A stretch of DNA of 64,000 nucleotides, from contig JAKPQE010000150.1 of the NCBI GenBank assembly GCA_029572955.1, positions 48,614-112,613 of the forward strand, read 5' to 3'. Position numbers and translations under genes: made by a program. The stretch is from Pseudomonadota bacterium (GTDB taxonomy: Bacteria; Pseudomonadota; Alphaproteobacteria; Rhizobiales; JAKPQE01). Below the pieces are notes generated by a model that saw only the letters and a program-made list of their open reading frames with translations, ran no database searches and was not told where the DNA came from. Positions 51,322 through 61,831 of this stretch are shown here, piece after piece (the first letter of the stretch is position 1; each line of letters starts with the position of its first letter).

Positions 51322-53286
51322 ATGTCCGATATCACTCTCTCCGCCGGTGTCCGCCAGAACCTGCTCTCGCTGCAGAACACGGCCGACCTGATGGCCACGA
51401 CCCAGAGTCGCCTGGCCACCGGCAAGAAGGTCAATTCGGCTCTCGACAATCCGACCAACTTCTTCACTTCGCAGTCGCTCAACAACCGCGCCAGCGATCT
51501 GTCGTCGCTTCTCGACGCCATGTCCAACGGTATGAAGACGCTCGAAGCTGCGGATAACGGCATCACGTCGCTGACCAAGACGATCGAGTCCATGCAGGCC
51601 ACGGTTCGCCAGGCCCGCCAGGACGCTTCGTTCAAGGCCACGTCCTATTCGCTGGACGACACGACCCTCGCGGCGGCCACCACGCAGCAGACGATCAGCT
51701 TCACGGGCGGCGAAGTCGGCAACACCGCCGTCTCCGTCAACCTGCTGTCGACCGTCGGCACCGGTGCGGCTTCGGCCGGTACCTACGCCGGTGGCGCGAT
51801 GACCGCGATGACGGTCGAAGCCGGCACGACTGCCACGGCCGGTACGTCGGTCGCCACGTTCGGCTCCGCCATGGACTTCGCCAACGGCGGCTCCAACGAC
51901 GGCTCGCTGGCGTTCGACATCGCGATCGATGGCGGCTCTGCCACCACGGCCACGATCACCTATGCCAACGTTGCGGCGGTCGGCAACAACGACGGCGTCA
52001 TCGACGACGAGAGCGAGCTGAAAGCCGCTGTCGACCTGGCCCTGACGGCCGCCGGCGTGACCGGCGTCACCACCAGCGCGTCTGGCGGTGCCCTCACCTT
52101 CACGTCCGACACCACCGGTGCCACGTCTGCGGTTGCGATCAGCAACGTTGCGGCCACCAACGCGACCGACACCTCCGGTCTCGCTACGGCCTCGGCGACT
52201 GCCGGTCAGGCTGCCGGTTCGTCCGACACCATCACCTTCGACATCGCCGTCGACGGTGGCACGGCGACCACGGTGACGATCGACAACTCCATCGTGGCCG
52301 GCGTTGGCAACAACGACTCCACGATCGATGACGCGGCCGAACTCGCCGCCGCCATCACTGCGGGCCTGACGGCTGCCGGCGTCTCCGGCGTGACCGCCGC
52401 GGACGATGGCAATGGTGGCGTGACCTTCACGTCGGCCACGACCGGTGCCTCCTCGGCCGTCGCGATCAGCAACGTCGCGGTGACCAACAACAACGCCACC
52501 ACGGCCCTTGCCGAGACGACCGGTCTTACCGGTGGTACGGCTACCGGCGGTGCCGACGCGGCCCTTTCGGTGCTCAAGACCGTCGATGCCCTCGTCTCCG
52601 AGATCAACGCCAACACCAGCCTGTCTGGCAAGGTCAAGGCCTCGAACGACAACGGCAAGCTGCGTCTCGAGAACCTGTCGACCACCGACCTCACCGTCAC
52701 GGGCGTCGGCTCGACGTCGGGCGAAGTCGACGGTTCGACCGGCACCTCGTCGATCAGCGGCAACACGGTGCGTCGCAACCTCACCAACCAGTTCAACGAG
52801 CTGCGCAACCAGCTCAACAAGCTGGCCAGCGACGCGTCGTTCAACGGCATCAACCTTCTGAAGGGCGACAAGCTGAAGCTGACGTTCAACGAAGGTGGCA
52901 CCTCGACCATCGACATCCAGGCCAAGGACTCGGACGGCAACGTTCGCGCCCTCGACACCACGACCCTGGGCATCGACGCGTCGACCGCGGCCGAGTTCTC
53001 CGACGACGACTCCCTCGACACCCGTCTCGCCGCCCTCGGCGACTCGTTGACCACCCTGCGCACGCAGGCTTCCGACTTCGGTTCCAATCTGTCCATCGTG
53101 CAGAACCGCACCGAATTCACGAAGAACATGATCAACACCCTGCAGACCGGTGCCGACAACCTCGTCCTCGCCGACTCGAACGAGGAAGCGGCCAACATGC
53201 TCGCCCTGCAGACCCGCCAGCAGCTGTCCTCGACGGCTCTGTCGCTCGCCTCGCAGGCCGACCAGGCCGTGCTGCGCCTCTTCTGA
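51322..53286 (+). CDS. fliC: Flagellin (654 aa)
   Basis: RLATGKKVNSALDNP N-terminus; ADSNEEAANMLALQTRQQL C-terminus. Confidence 0.95.
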   Translation: MSDITLSAGVRQNLLSLQNTADLMATTQSRLATGKKVNSALDNPTNFFTSQSLNNRASDLSSLLDAMSNGMKTLEAADNGITSLTKTIESMQATVRQARQDASFKATSYSLDDTTLAAATTQQTISFTGGEVGNTAVSVNLLSTVGTGAASAGTYAGGAMTAMTVEAGTTATAGTSVATFGSAMDFANGGSNDGSLAFDIAIDGGSATTATITYANVAAVGNNDGVIDDESELKAAVDLALTAAGVTGVTTSASGGALTFTSDTTGATSAVAISNVAATNATDTSGLATASATAGQAAGSSDTITFDIAVDGGTATTVTIDNSIVAGVGNNDSTIDDAAELAAAITAGLTAAGVSGVTAADDGNGGVTFTSATTGASSAVAISNVAVTNNNATTALAETTGLTGGTATGGADAALSVLKTVDALVSEINANTSLSGKVKASNDNGKLRLENLSTTDLTVTGVGSTSGEVDGSTGTSSISGNTVRRNLTNQFNELRNQLNKLASDASFNGINLLKGDKLKLTFNEGGTSTIDIQAKDSDGNVRALDTTTLGIDASTAAEFSDDDSLDTRLAALGDSLTTLRTQASDFGSNLSIVQNRTEFTKNMINTLQTGADNLVLADSNEEAANMLALQTRQQLSSTALSLASQADQAVLRLF

Positions 53287-53310
53287 TCGACGCATCAGAC
53301 GCGACAACAG

Positions 53311-53346
53311 GGGCGGGGCCGGCAACGGCCCCGCCCTATCCTTTTT
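53311..53346 (+). terminator. Intrinsic terminator after flagellin
   Basis: 11-bp stem, GCAA loop, T-rich tail. Confidence 0.8.
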
Positions 53347-53454
53347 CGGCCCCCGTCGCGGTGCGGAAACCGGTGCATTTGCAGTCCGTTAACCAAACGT
53401 AGCGAATTGGCCGGCTAGACTTCGAAGGCTAGTTGGCAACGGAGAATCACTGAC

Positions 53455-53898
53455 ATGGCGCTCAAGGTCGAGCTGAAGCCCGGCGAGCGGATCATCCTCG
53501 GAACATCCGTCGTCACCAACAGCAATCAGCGCACCCGCCTGTTCATCGAAGGCGATGCGCCCATTCTTCGTGAGAAAGACATTCTCACACCCAAGACCGC
53601 CGATACCCCGGCAAGACGGCTCTATTTGACCGTTCAGTTGATCTACCTCGGTGGAGATATCGAAAACCTGACGAAGACTTATTTCGAAATCGTCAGGGAT
53701 ATTTCGCGTGCCGCTCCGAGTACGTTGAAATACATCGATCGCATCAACAACGAGATGTTAACTGGGTGCTATTACAAGGCCTTGAAGGAAGCAAAGGCCC
53801 TGATCGGCTATGAAGAGGACCTCTTGAATCATGCAAAACAGAGCGGCTCAGACCTACGGACGCACGGCACAGGCCACCACGAATCCGCGCGATCTTGA
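53455..53898 (+). CDS. flbT: Flagellin translational regulator FlbT
   Basis: MALKVELKPGER, ILREKDI, YYKALK. Confidence 0.93.
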   Translation: MALKVELKPGERIILGTSVVTNSNQRTRLFIEGDAPILREKDILTPKTADTPARRLYLTVQLIYLGGDIENLTKTYFEIVRDISRAAPSTLKYIDRINNEMLTGCYYKALKEAKALIGYEEDLLNHAKQSGSDLRTHGTGHHESARS

Positions 53899-54199
53899 GG
53901 CCAGTCTGCTGATCAGGGCAGCCTCGAAGCTGCAGGGCCACAAGGACAATTACGCGGGGCTCACCGACGAGCTGCGCGCCTCGCTGCAGTTCAATCGTCA
54001 GCTCTGGACGCTGTTCACCACCTCGGTGACGCGCGAGGACAACCCGCTGCCGGCGGCCGTGCGCCAGAACATCGCCAATCTCGGCCTGTTCATCTTCACC
54101 CAGACGATTTCGATGATTCAGGAGCCGGCGCCCGAAAAGCTCAACGCGCTCATCGCCATCAACCGCGAGATCGCGGCGGGCCTGCGCGGCAATCCCTGA
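53831..54199 (+). CDS. flaF: Flagellar regulator FlaF
   Basis: PRDLEA, NRQLW, NPLP, LIAINREIAAGL. Confidence 0.92.
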   Translation: MQNRAAQTYGRTAQATTNPRDLEASLLIRAASKLQGHKDNYAGLTDELRASLQFNRQLWTLFTTSVTREDNPLPAAVRQNIANLGLFIFTQTISMIQEPAPEKLNALIAINREIAAGLRGNP

Positions 54200-54385
54200 T
54201 CCGACATCCGCCGACCGGTCAGCCAAGGCCCGCGCCGGGACGCCCGACGCGGGCTTTTCGCTGTCCTGGCGCGGTTTTCGGCGCCGGCCGCCGCCCGGCT
54301 CGGTTCAGCGCCGGCCCGTTGCACGCGCCTCGGTTGCTGCGACAGTTCGTCTTGTAGCCAAGGCGGCAGATACATATATCCTTCC

Positions 54386-54538
54386 GTACATATTCGAAAG
54401 TTCGCGAATAGGCCATCCGTCGTCATGTCTGGTCTGTTCGTGGATCTCCGATGGGTGGATCCCGTCCACCTTTCGGTCGTTTCGAATCCCATTCCTCCCA
54501 ACTTCGTTTGCCGGCGCGTCAGCGCCGGTTCTTTTTTG
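54386..54538 (+). ncRNA. Candidate small RNA
   Basis: CTTGTA-N17-ATATAT promoter-like motif (54351-54379), internal hairpin, CCTCCC motif, terminator CCGGCGC/GCGCCGG plus T tract. Confidence 0.45.
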
Positions 54539-54599
54539 TGGCAAGGGCATTGCCGCCCGCGGCCGACCGATGGCCGCTGCCCCTGCCCGTCCTTCCACG

Positions 54600-54631
54600 A
54601 AAAAGCCCCCGCGACAGGCGTCGCGAGGGCT
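54600..54631 (-). terminator. Intrinsic terminator after ilvC
   Basis: Minus-strand GC stem followed by T run. Confidence 0.7.
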
Positions 54632-54660
54632 CGCTTCTAGCGGCTGTTCGGCCGTCGCGA

Positions 54661-55806
<1,146 letters not shown>

Positions 55807-55910
55807 TCAACGGGGTTGTTGCCGGAAAGGTGCGGGAGGAAGCCGAATCTTGCCGAAAGACGGGGGCGGAGCGGCCCGATTTTTCGCGAACCGCAATCGC
55901 CTGCCTCGGC

Positions 55911-56651
55911 TCAAGCGCTCCCCGCTGCCCTGACATAGCGCTTCACCGTCTCTTCCATGCCCCAGATGAGCGCGTCGGCGGTGAGGCCGTGGCCGATCGA
56001 GACCTCGGCGATGAAGGGCGCCGCGGCGACGAGCGCCGGCAGGTTTTCGGTCGTCAGGTCGTGGCCGGCATTGACCTCGAGCCCGGCGTCCCTTGCCGCC
56101 TCGGCCGTCGCGACGAGCTTTTCGAGTTCGACGGCGGCGCGGGCCGGGTCCGAATGGGCGCCGCCATAGGGGCCGGTGTAGAGCTCGACGCGGTCGGCGC
56201 CGACGGCCCTGGCGAGCGCCGGCACGGCCGGGTCGGCGTCGATGAAGATCGAGATGCGCATGCCGCCGGTCTTCAGCCGGGCGCAGATATCCTTCAGCAG
56301 CGCCTCGTTGGCGGCAACGTCCCAGCCGTGGTCGCTGGTCGGCTGGCTCGGATCGTCGGGAACGAGGGTTACCTGATGCGGCCGGATTTCCTCGACGAGC
56401 GCCATGAAGCGATCGTCCGGATAGCCCTCGATATTGAACTCGCGGCCCGGATATTCGGCAACGAGCGCGGCGAGCGGCGCGACGTCCGAGCGACGGATAT
56501 GGCGCTCGTCGGGACGCGGATGAACGGTCAGCCCGTGGGCGCCGGCCTCGAGCGCGATGCGGCCGAGGCCGGTGACGCTCGGCCAGGGCAGATCGCGCCG
56601 ATTGCGCAGCTGGGCGATCGCATTGAGATTGACGGAAAGATGGGTCGTCAT
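55911..56651 (-). CDS. pdxJ: Pyridoxine 5'-phosphate synthase
   Basis: [38 protein letters not shown]. Confidence 0.95.
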   Translation of the reverse strand: MTTHLSVNLNAIAQLRNRRDLPWPSVTGLGRIALEAGAHGLTVHPRPDERHIRRSDVAPLAALVAEYPGREFNIEGYPDDRFMALVEEIRPHQVTLVPDDPSQPTSDHGWDVAANEALLKDICARLKTGGMRISIFIDADPAVPALARAVGADRVELYTGPYGGAHSDPARAAVELEKLVATAEAARDAGLEVNAGHDLTTENLPALVAAAPFIAEVSIGHGLTADALIWGMEETVKRYVRAAGSA

Positions 56652-56731
56652 CGCTCGCTCCCGGGATCGGTCATCCAGCCGGATCGCAGACCGGCCGGGC
56701 GGCGTCAATCCTTTTTTCGGACGGGGCGCCC

Positions 56732-57118
56732 TCAGTGGCCGCAGGAAAGCCCTTCCGGGTATCCCGGCAGGAACGCCGTCTCGCCGAGGACGAAGCGGAA
56801 GACGCCGGTGCCCGGCTGCAGGACGCCGCAGCCGATGCCGCCGGCGCCGTCGCGCACGAAGGAGAATTCGCCCTTGCGGTTGTCCGAGCAGGCGATCGTG
56901 CCCGCGCCCGCGCCGTTTATCTCGCGATAGCTGCCGGTACAGGCGGCAAGGCCGGAGAGCTGGACCTCGACCAGCCCCTCGCCCTTCCCCTCCCCGCGCA
57001 GGAGGCCATGGACCGCCTCGCCGTTCGACAGGAACTCGCCGCGGAGCGCCGCGTAGTCGGGCCCGGCGGCCATGGCGGGCGCCACGAGAACGAGAAAGGC
57101 GAGGCCCGCGCGGATCAT
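56732..57118 (-). CDS. Small exported Gly/Cys-containing hypothetical protein
   Basis: ATGA coupling to lpxB, signal peptide, CTGSY...CSDNRKG. Confidence 0.65.
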   Translation of the reverse strand: MIRAGLAFLVLVAPAMAAGPDYAALRGEFLSNGEAVHGLLRGEGKGEGLVEVQLSGLAACTGSYREINGAGAGTIACSDNRKGEFSFVRDGAGGIGCGVLQPGTGVFRFVLGETAFLPGYPEGLSCGH

Positions 57119-58281
57119 GCGCCGCGGCCCGCTTCCATCACCTCGATGACGATCCGCGCGGCGCGGGCGCCCGGCGTCTCGCCGCCCTCGAGGCGCATCG
57201 TCTCGTCGAGACGGGCAAGGCCCTGCGCCTGGCGGGCGCGTTCCGGGCTCGGGGCGAGCAGCGGCGCCAGTGTTTCGGCGAGCGCCGGCGGCGCGACCGC
57301 CTCGTCGAGGAATTCGGGAATGACGTTCTCGCCGAGGACGAGGTTCGGCAGCACCATCGAGGGCACGCTGCCGAGCCATTTGAGGCGGCGGGCGATGGGG
57401 TCGAGCTTGTAGATCACGGTCATCGGCACGCCGGCAAGGGCAAGTTCCAGCGTCACCGTGCCCGAGGCGGCGAGCGCGGCGTGCGCCTTGCGGAAAGCGG
57501 CGAATTTCGCCTCCTCGCCGGCAACGATCGTCGGCTCGACCGGCCAGTCGGCGGCGCGCGCCTCGATCTCGGCGCGCAAATGCGAGACAGCCGGCAGCAG
57601 AAGCTCGAAGTCGAGCCCCTTGGCGACGAGCAGGCGCAGCGTCTCGCCGATCGGCCCCATCAGCCGCGTCACCTCGCCATGGCGGCTGCCGGGGAGGACG
57701 AGGAGCGTCGGGCGCACGCCGGCGGCGCCGAGTTCGGCGCGTTCGCCCGGCGCCGGACGCAGCACGTCGAGGCGATCGCTCAAGGGGTGGCCGACATAGC
57801 TGCAGGGCGGGCCGGCGAGGCGCCGGTGCACCTCCGGCTCGAACGGCAGGATGGCGAGGAGATGGTCGACATAGGCCGCCATCTTCCTTGCCCGACCCGG
57901 CCGCCAGGCCCAGACGCTCGGCGAGACGTAGTCGACGATCGGGATCGACGGATCGGCCTTGCGCACGCGCTTGGCGACGTTGTGGGTGAATTCCGGGCTG
58001 TCGATGGCGACGATGACGTCCGGGCGCGCCGCGAGCGCTGCCCGTTTCGTCTGGCGGATGCGCTTCACGATGGTCGGCAGGCGGGCGAGCACGGCGGTGA
58101 TGCCGCCGACCGAGATGTCCGTGAGCGGGAAGATCGAGGTGAGCCCCTCGCGGGCCATGCGTTCGCCGCCGACGCCGGAAAAGCGCACCTCGGCGTCGAG
58201 CTGCTCTTTCAGCGCGACCATCAGGCGGGCGCCGAGCTGGTCGCCCGACTCCTCGCCGACGACCATGAAGACGTGGCGCAT
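57115..58281 (-). CDS. lpxB: Lipid-A-disaccharide synthase
   Basis: [34 protein letters not shown]. Confidence 0.96.
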   Translation of the reverse strand: MRHVFMVVGEESGDQLGARLMVALKEQLDAEVRFSGVGGERMAREGLTSIFPLTDISVGGITAVLARLPTIVKRIRQTKRAALAARPDVIVAIDSPEFTHNVAKRVRKADPSIPIVDYVSPSVWAWRPGRARKMAAYVDHLLAILPFEPEVHRRLAGPPCSYVGHPLSDRLDVLRPAPGERAELGAAGVRPTLLVLPGSRHGEVTRLMGPIGETLRLLVAKGLDFELLLPAVSHLRAEIEARAADWPVEPTIVAGEEAKFAAFRKAHAALAASGTVTLELALAGVPMTVIYKLDPIARRLKWLGSVPSMVLPNLVLGENVIPEFLDEAVAPPALAETLAPLLAPSPERARQAQGLARLDETMRLEGGETPGARAARIVIEVMEAGRGA

Positions 58282-58294
58282 CGTGCTCTCCCGA

Positions 58295-59173
58295 TCAGGC
58301 GCTCGCCGGCGCGGCAACGATCCCGGTGACGAAGATGCCGGCGGCATCGGCAGCCTTTATGACGGCGGGCCGGTCGACGATCATCACCCGGCCGGTCTCG
58401 ACGACGATGCCGGCAAGGTCCGCGGCGGCGACCGCCTCGACGGTGCGCACGCCGATCGCCGGCATGTCGACGCGCAGGTCCTGCTGCGGCTTGGCGCATT
58501 TGGCGAGGACGCCGGCCCGGCCCTTCCAGTTCAGCCGGCCGCTCGTGTGCAGCGCCGCTGTCCGGGAGACGAGGCCGTCGGTGCCTTCCACCCCCTCGAG
58601 CGCGACGGCGCGGCCGCCGACGGCGATCGCCGCCTGGCCGACGTCGAGGCGCCCGATGGTGCGGGCCGCTTCCATGGCGGCGGCGATGTCGGCCTCGTTC
58701 TTCCGGCCCGGCGCGATGCGCCCGATCGGGCCGTGGCCGGCGACGAGTTCGGGCGCGATCTCGTGGGCGCCGACGATGCCGATGCCGCGCGCCTCGAAGA
58801 AGCGGACGGTCCCGGTCAGCACCGTGTCGTCGCCGCCGATGACGATCGAGAGGATCTCCGGCAGGCTGCGGATGGCGCCGAAATCGAGGCGGATCGAGGT
58901 GAAATCCGGCCGGCGGGTGATGCCGCCGACGAGCACGGCCTCGCGGGCGCCGTGCCGGGCGATGAGATCGAACAGGCGGCCGATCTCGCCCCATTTGAGC
59001 CAGGCGTGCGGGAACGCCTCGATGCTCCGGTCGGCCTCGCCGACGATGCCGAAGACGAAGGGCGGGCGGCCGACGCGGCGGGCCGCCTCGGCAACGATCA
59101 CCGGCACCTGGCCGCCGCCGGCGATGATGGCGAGCGGGGCGCCGGAGGCCGGAGCGGCGGGCGCGTCAGTCAT
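58295..59173 (-). CDS. lpxI: UDP-2,3-diacylglucosamine pyrophosphatase LpxI
   Basis: DVGQA, EGVEGTD, QDLRVDMPAIG; between lpxA and lpxB. Confidence 0.92.
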   Translation of the reverse strand: MTDAPAAPASGAPLAIIAGGGQVPVIVAEAARRVGRPPFVFGIVGEADRSIEAFPHAWLKWGEIGRLFDLIARHGAREAVLVGGITRRPDFTSIRLDFGAIRSLPEILSIVIGGDDTVLTGTVRFFEARGIGIVGAHEIAPELVAGHGPIGRIAPGRKNEADIAAAMEAARTIGRLDVGQAAIAVGGRAVALEGVEGTDGLVSRTAALHTSGRLNWKGRAGVLAKCAKPQQDLRVDMPAIGVRTVEAVAAADLAGIVVETGRVMIVDRPAVIKAADAAGIFVTGIVAAPASA

Positions 59174-59176
59174 GGC

Positions 59177-59977
59177 TCAATCGTCGAGGCTGCGCGGCGT
59201 GCAGAGCGAGCGGCCGGACTCGGCGCGGATGAAGTCGACGACCTTCTGGACGAGCGGTTCGCCGGCGAATTCCCGGGCGACCAGCTCGACGCGCTCGGTC
59301 AGCGTCCCCTCTTCGGCGAAGAGCTTCTTGTAGGCGTGGCGCAGCGCATGGATGCGGTCGCGCTCGAAGCCGCGGCGTTTGAGGCCGACGATGTTGAGGC
59401 CGGCAAGGCCGCCGCGGGCGCCGATCACCGTACCGAACGGGATGACGTCGTTCTCGGCGCCGGACATGCCGCCGATGAAGGCGTGCTCGCCAATGCGCAC
59501 GAACTGGTGCACCGCCGAGATGCCGCCGAGGATGGCGAAATCGCCGATGGTGCAGTGACCGCCGACGGTGGCGTTGTTGACCAGAATGACGTGGTTGCCG
59601 ATGTGGCAGTCGTGGGCGACGTGGCTGCTGGCCATGAACAGGCAGTCGTCGCCGATCGTGGTGACGAGACCGCCGCCCTCGGTGCCCGGGTTCATGGTCA
59701 CGTATTCGCGGATGCGGTTGCGCGCGCCGATGACCAGCCGGCTGTTCTCGCCGTGGAACTTCAGGTCCTGCGGGATATGGCCGATGCTGGCGAAGGGGAA
59801 GACGTGGGTGTCGTCGCCGATCGTGGTGTCGCCGTCGACGACGACATGGGATTCGAGCACGACACGGTTGCCGAGGGTGGCCTTGGGGCCGATGACGCAA
59901 TAGGGACCGACGCGGCAGCCTTCGCCGAGGCGGGCACCATCGGCGACGATCGCCGTGGCATGGATCTCAGATGACAT
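59177..59977 (-). CDS. lpxA: UDP-N-acetylglucosamine acyltransferase
   Basis: Hexapeptide repeats, PQDLKF, HVAHDC, GLNIVGLKRRG. Confidence 0.97.
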   Translation of the reverse strand: MSSEIHATAIVADGARLGEGCRVGPYCVIGPKATLGNRVVLESHVVVDGDTTIGDDTHVFPFASIGHIPQDLKFHGENSRLVIGARNRIREYVTMNPGTEGGGLVTTIGDDCLFMASSHVAHDCHIGNHVILVNNATVGGHCTIGDFAILGGISAVHQFVRIGEHAFIGGMSGAENDVIPFGTVIGARGGLAGLNIVGLKRRGFERDRIHALRHAYKKLFAEEGTLTERVELVAREFAGEPLVQKVVDFIRAESGRSLCTPRSLDD

Positions 59978-59981
59978 CGGC

Positions 59982-60452
59982 TCAGTCCTTGTCGATGACG
60001 AGCATGGCGCTCAATTCGGCCTCGGCGACCTTCTGGCCGTCGACCATGGCCACACCCTGGTACCACCACATGCTGCCGCGGTTCTTCAGCTTGGTCAGGT
60101 GATACTCGACCGTGTCGCCGGGAACGACGGGCTTGCGGAACTTGCATTTGTCGATGGTCATGAAATAGACGACCCGCGGCACAGCCGAACCGGACGCGGC
60201 GAGCACGCACATCGCGCCCGCGGTCTGGGCCATGCCCTCGACGATCAGCACGCCCGGCATCACCGGCTGACCCGGGAAATGCCCCATGAAATGCGGCTCG
60301 TTGAAGGTCACGTTCTTGATGCCGACCCCGGATTCGTTGCCGTTGATGTCGACGATCCGGTCCACCATCAGGAACGGATAGCGATGCGGCAGAACCTTCA
60401 GGATATCCAGGATATCGGCGGTGCGAAGTTCGGTCTTGGCGTCGTCGGCCAT
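59982..60452 (-). CDS. fabZ: 3-hydroxyacyl-ACP dehydratase
   Basis: [26 protein letters not shown]. Confidence 0.97.
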   Translation of the reverse strand: MADDAKTELRTADILDILKVLPHRYPFLMVDRIVDINGNESGVGIKNVTFNEPHFMGHFPGQPVMPGVLIVEGMAQTAGAMCVLAASGSAVPRVVYFMTIDKCKFRKPVVPGDTVEYHLTKLKNRGSMWWYQGVAMVDGQKVAEAELSAMLVIDKD

Positions 60453-60561
60453 GCCCCCGGCCCTTTCGTTTCTTCTCTCAGCGCGCGGGTGCAGCCTGGC
60501 GAGCCCGCGTCGATCCTTGTGGTTGGATGCCCGTCGCGGCGGCGCCGCGGGGCCGGCTCGA

Positions 60562-61620
60562 TCAGGCGCCCGCCTCGCCGTCCTTCTTGCCGCGCTCGGC
60601 GAGATGCTTCAGCGCGGTGATCTCGCGGAACCATTCGCGGACCGGCTTGGCCGGCGTGCCGCCCCAGCGGGCGCCCGGCGGCACGTCGCAGTTGACGTTG
60701 CTCGACGCGGCGATCTGGGCGCCCATGCCGATGCGGACATGGCCGACGATGCCGACCTGACCGCCGATCGCGACGAAATCCTCGAGCGTCGTCGAGCCGG
60801 AAATGCCGACCTGGGCGACGATCACGCAATGGCGGCCGATGACCACGTTGTGGCCGAGCTGCACGAGATTGTCGATCTTGGTGCCCTCGCCGACGATCGT
60901 GTCGCGGGTCGCGCCGCGATCGATCGTCGTGTTGGCGCCGATCTCGACGTCGTCCTGGATGATGACGCGGCCGACCTGCGGCACCTTCAGATGGCCCTGC
61001 GGCCCCATGGCGAAGCCGAAGCCGTCCTGGCCGATGCGCACGCCCGGATGGATGATGACGCGATTGCCGAGCAGCGCATGGATCAGCGTCGCGCCCGGGC
61101 CGATATAGCCGTCGCGGCCGACGCGCACGCCGGCGCCGACGACGGCTCCGGACGACACGACGGTGCCGCGCCCGACCTCGGCCCCGGCCCCGACGACGGC
61201 ACCGGGCTCGATGGTGGCGCCCTCCTCGATGCGCGCCGTGGCATGCACATGCGCCCCGGCGGCAACGCCCGGCTCCCCGGCAAAAGCGCCCTCGAGGCGC
61301 ACGGCGGCGGGAAAGAGCCGGGCCGCGACCTTGGCGAAGGCACGATAGGGCTCGGTGCTTTCGAGGACGACGGCACCGGCGGGGGCGCGCGCCGCGAACT
61401 TGCGCGCGACGATCACCACCGTGGCGCCCGTCGTTTCGAGCGCGGTGGCGTATTTGGGATTGTCGAGAAAGGCGAGATCGCCGGCCGCGGCCTGCTCCAG
61501 CGGTGCGACGCCGGCGATCGCCGTCGCCTCATCGCCGGCAACGAGCCTGGCGCCGGTCAGCTCGACGATCTCGGCGACCGTAACCGGGCCCATCGGGCGA
61601 AAGAATTGCGGATCGCTCAT
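60562..61620 (-). CDS. lpxD: UDP-3-O-acylglucosamine N-acyltransferase
   Basis: Hexapeptide repeats, [27 protein letters not shown]. Confidence 0.96.
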   Translation of the reverse strand: MSDPQFFRPMGPVTVAEIVELTGARLVAGDEATAIAGVAPLEQAAAGDLAFLDNPKYATALETTGATVVIVARKFAARAPAGAVVLESTEPYRAFAKVAARLFPAAVRLEGAFAGEPGVAAGAHVHATARIEEGATIEPGAVVGAGAEVGRGTVVSSGAVVGAGVRVGRDGYIGPGATLIHALLGNRVIIHPGVRIGQDGFGFAMGPQGHLKVPQVGRVIIQDDVEIGANTTIDRGATRDTIVGEGTKIDNLVQLGHNVVIGRHCVIVAQVGISGSTTLEDFVAIGGQVGIVGHVRIGMGAQIAASSNVNCDVPPGARWGGTPAKPVREWFREITALKHLAERGKKDGEAGA

Positions 61621-61643
61621 CAGGCGCGGCTCCGTACCAATGG

Positions 61644-61682
61644 GTCTTGAACAAACGTGTCTTGAACAGACGTGTCTTGAAC
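61644..61682. repeat. 15-bp tandem direct repeat (2.6 copies) upstream of lpxD
   Basis: GTCTTGAACAAACGT GTCTTGAACAGACGT GTCTTGAAC. Confidence 0.8.
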
Positions 61683-61831
61683 GCAATGAGCCGCCGAGTC
61701 TCCCCGGCGGCCCGCTTTTCGAATGCCGGAACCTAGAGACGCCACCGGCCGGACGACCGATCCCTTCCCTAAGTCGCTGTTCCCATGTCCTGGCAGGGCC
61801 CGACGCCGAAGCGCCGGGCAATTGCCGTGGA

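Noticed and set aside
53831-53898. 68-nt flbT/flaF overlap as frameshift
   Set aside because: Both proteins look complete; short C-terminal extension is unremarkable
61621-61831. No skp/ompH between bamA and lpxD
   Set aside because: Common arrangement in rhizobial genomes
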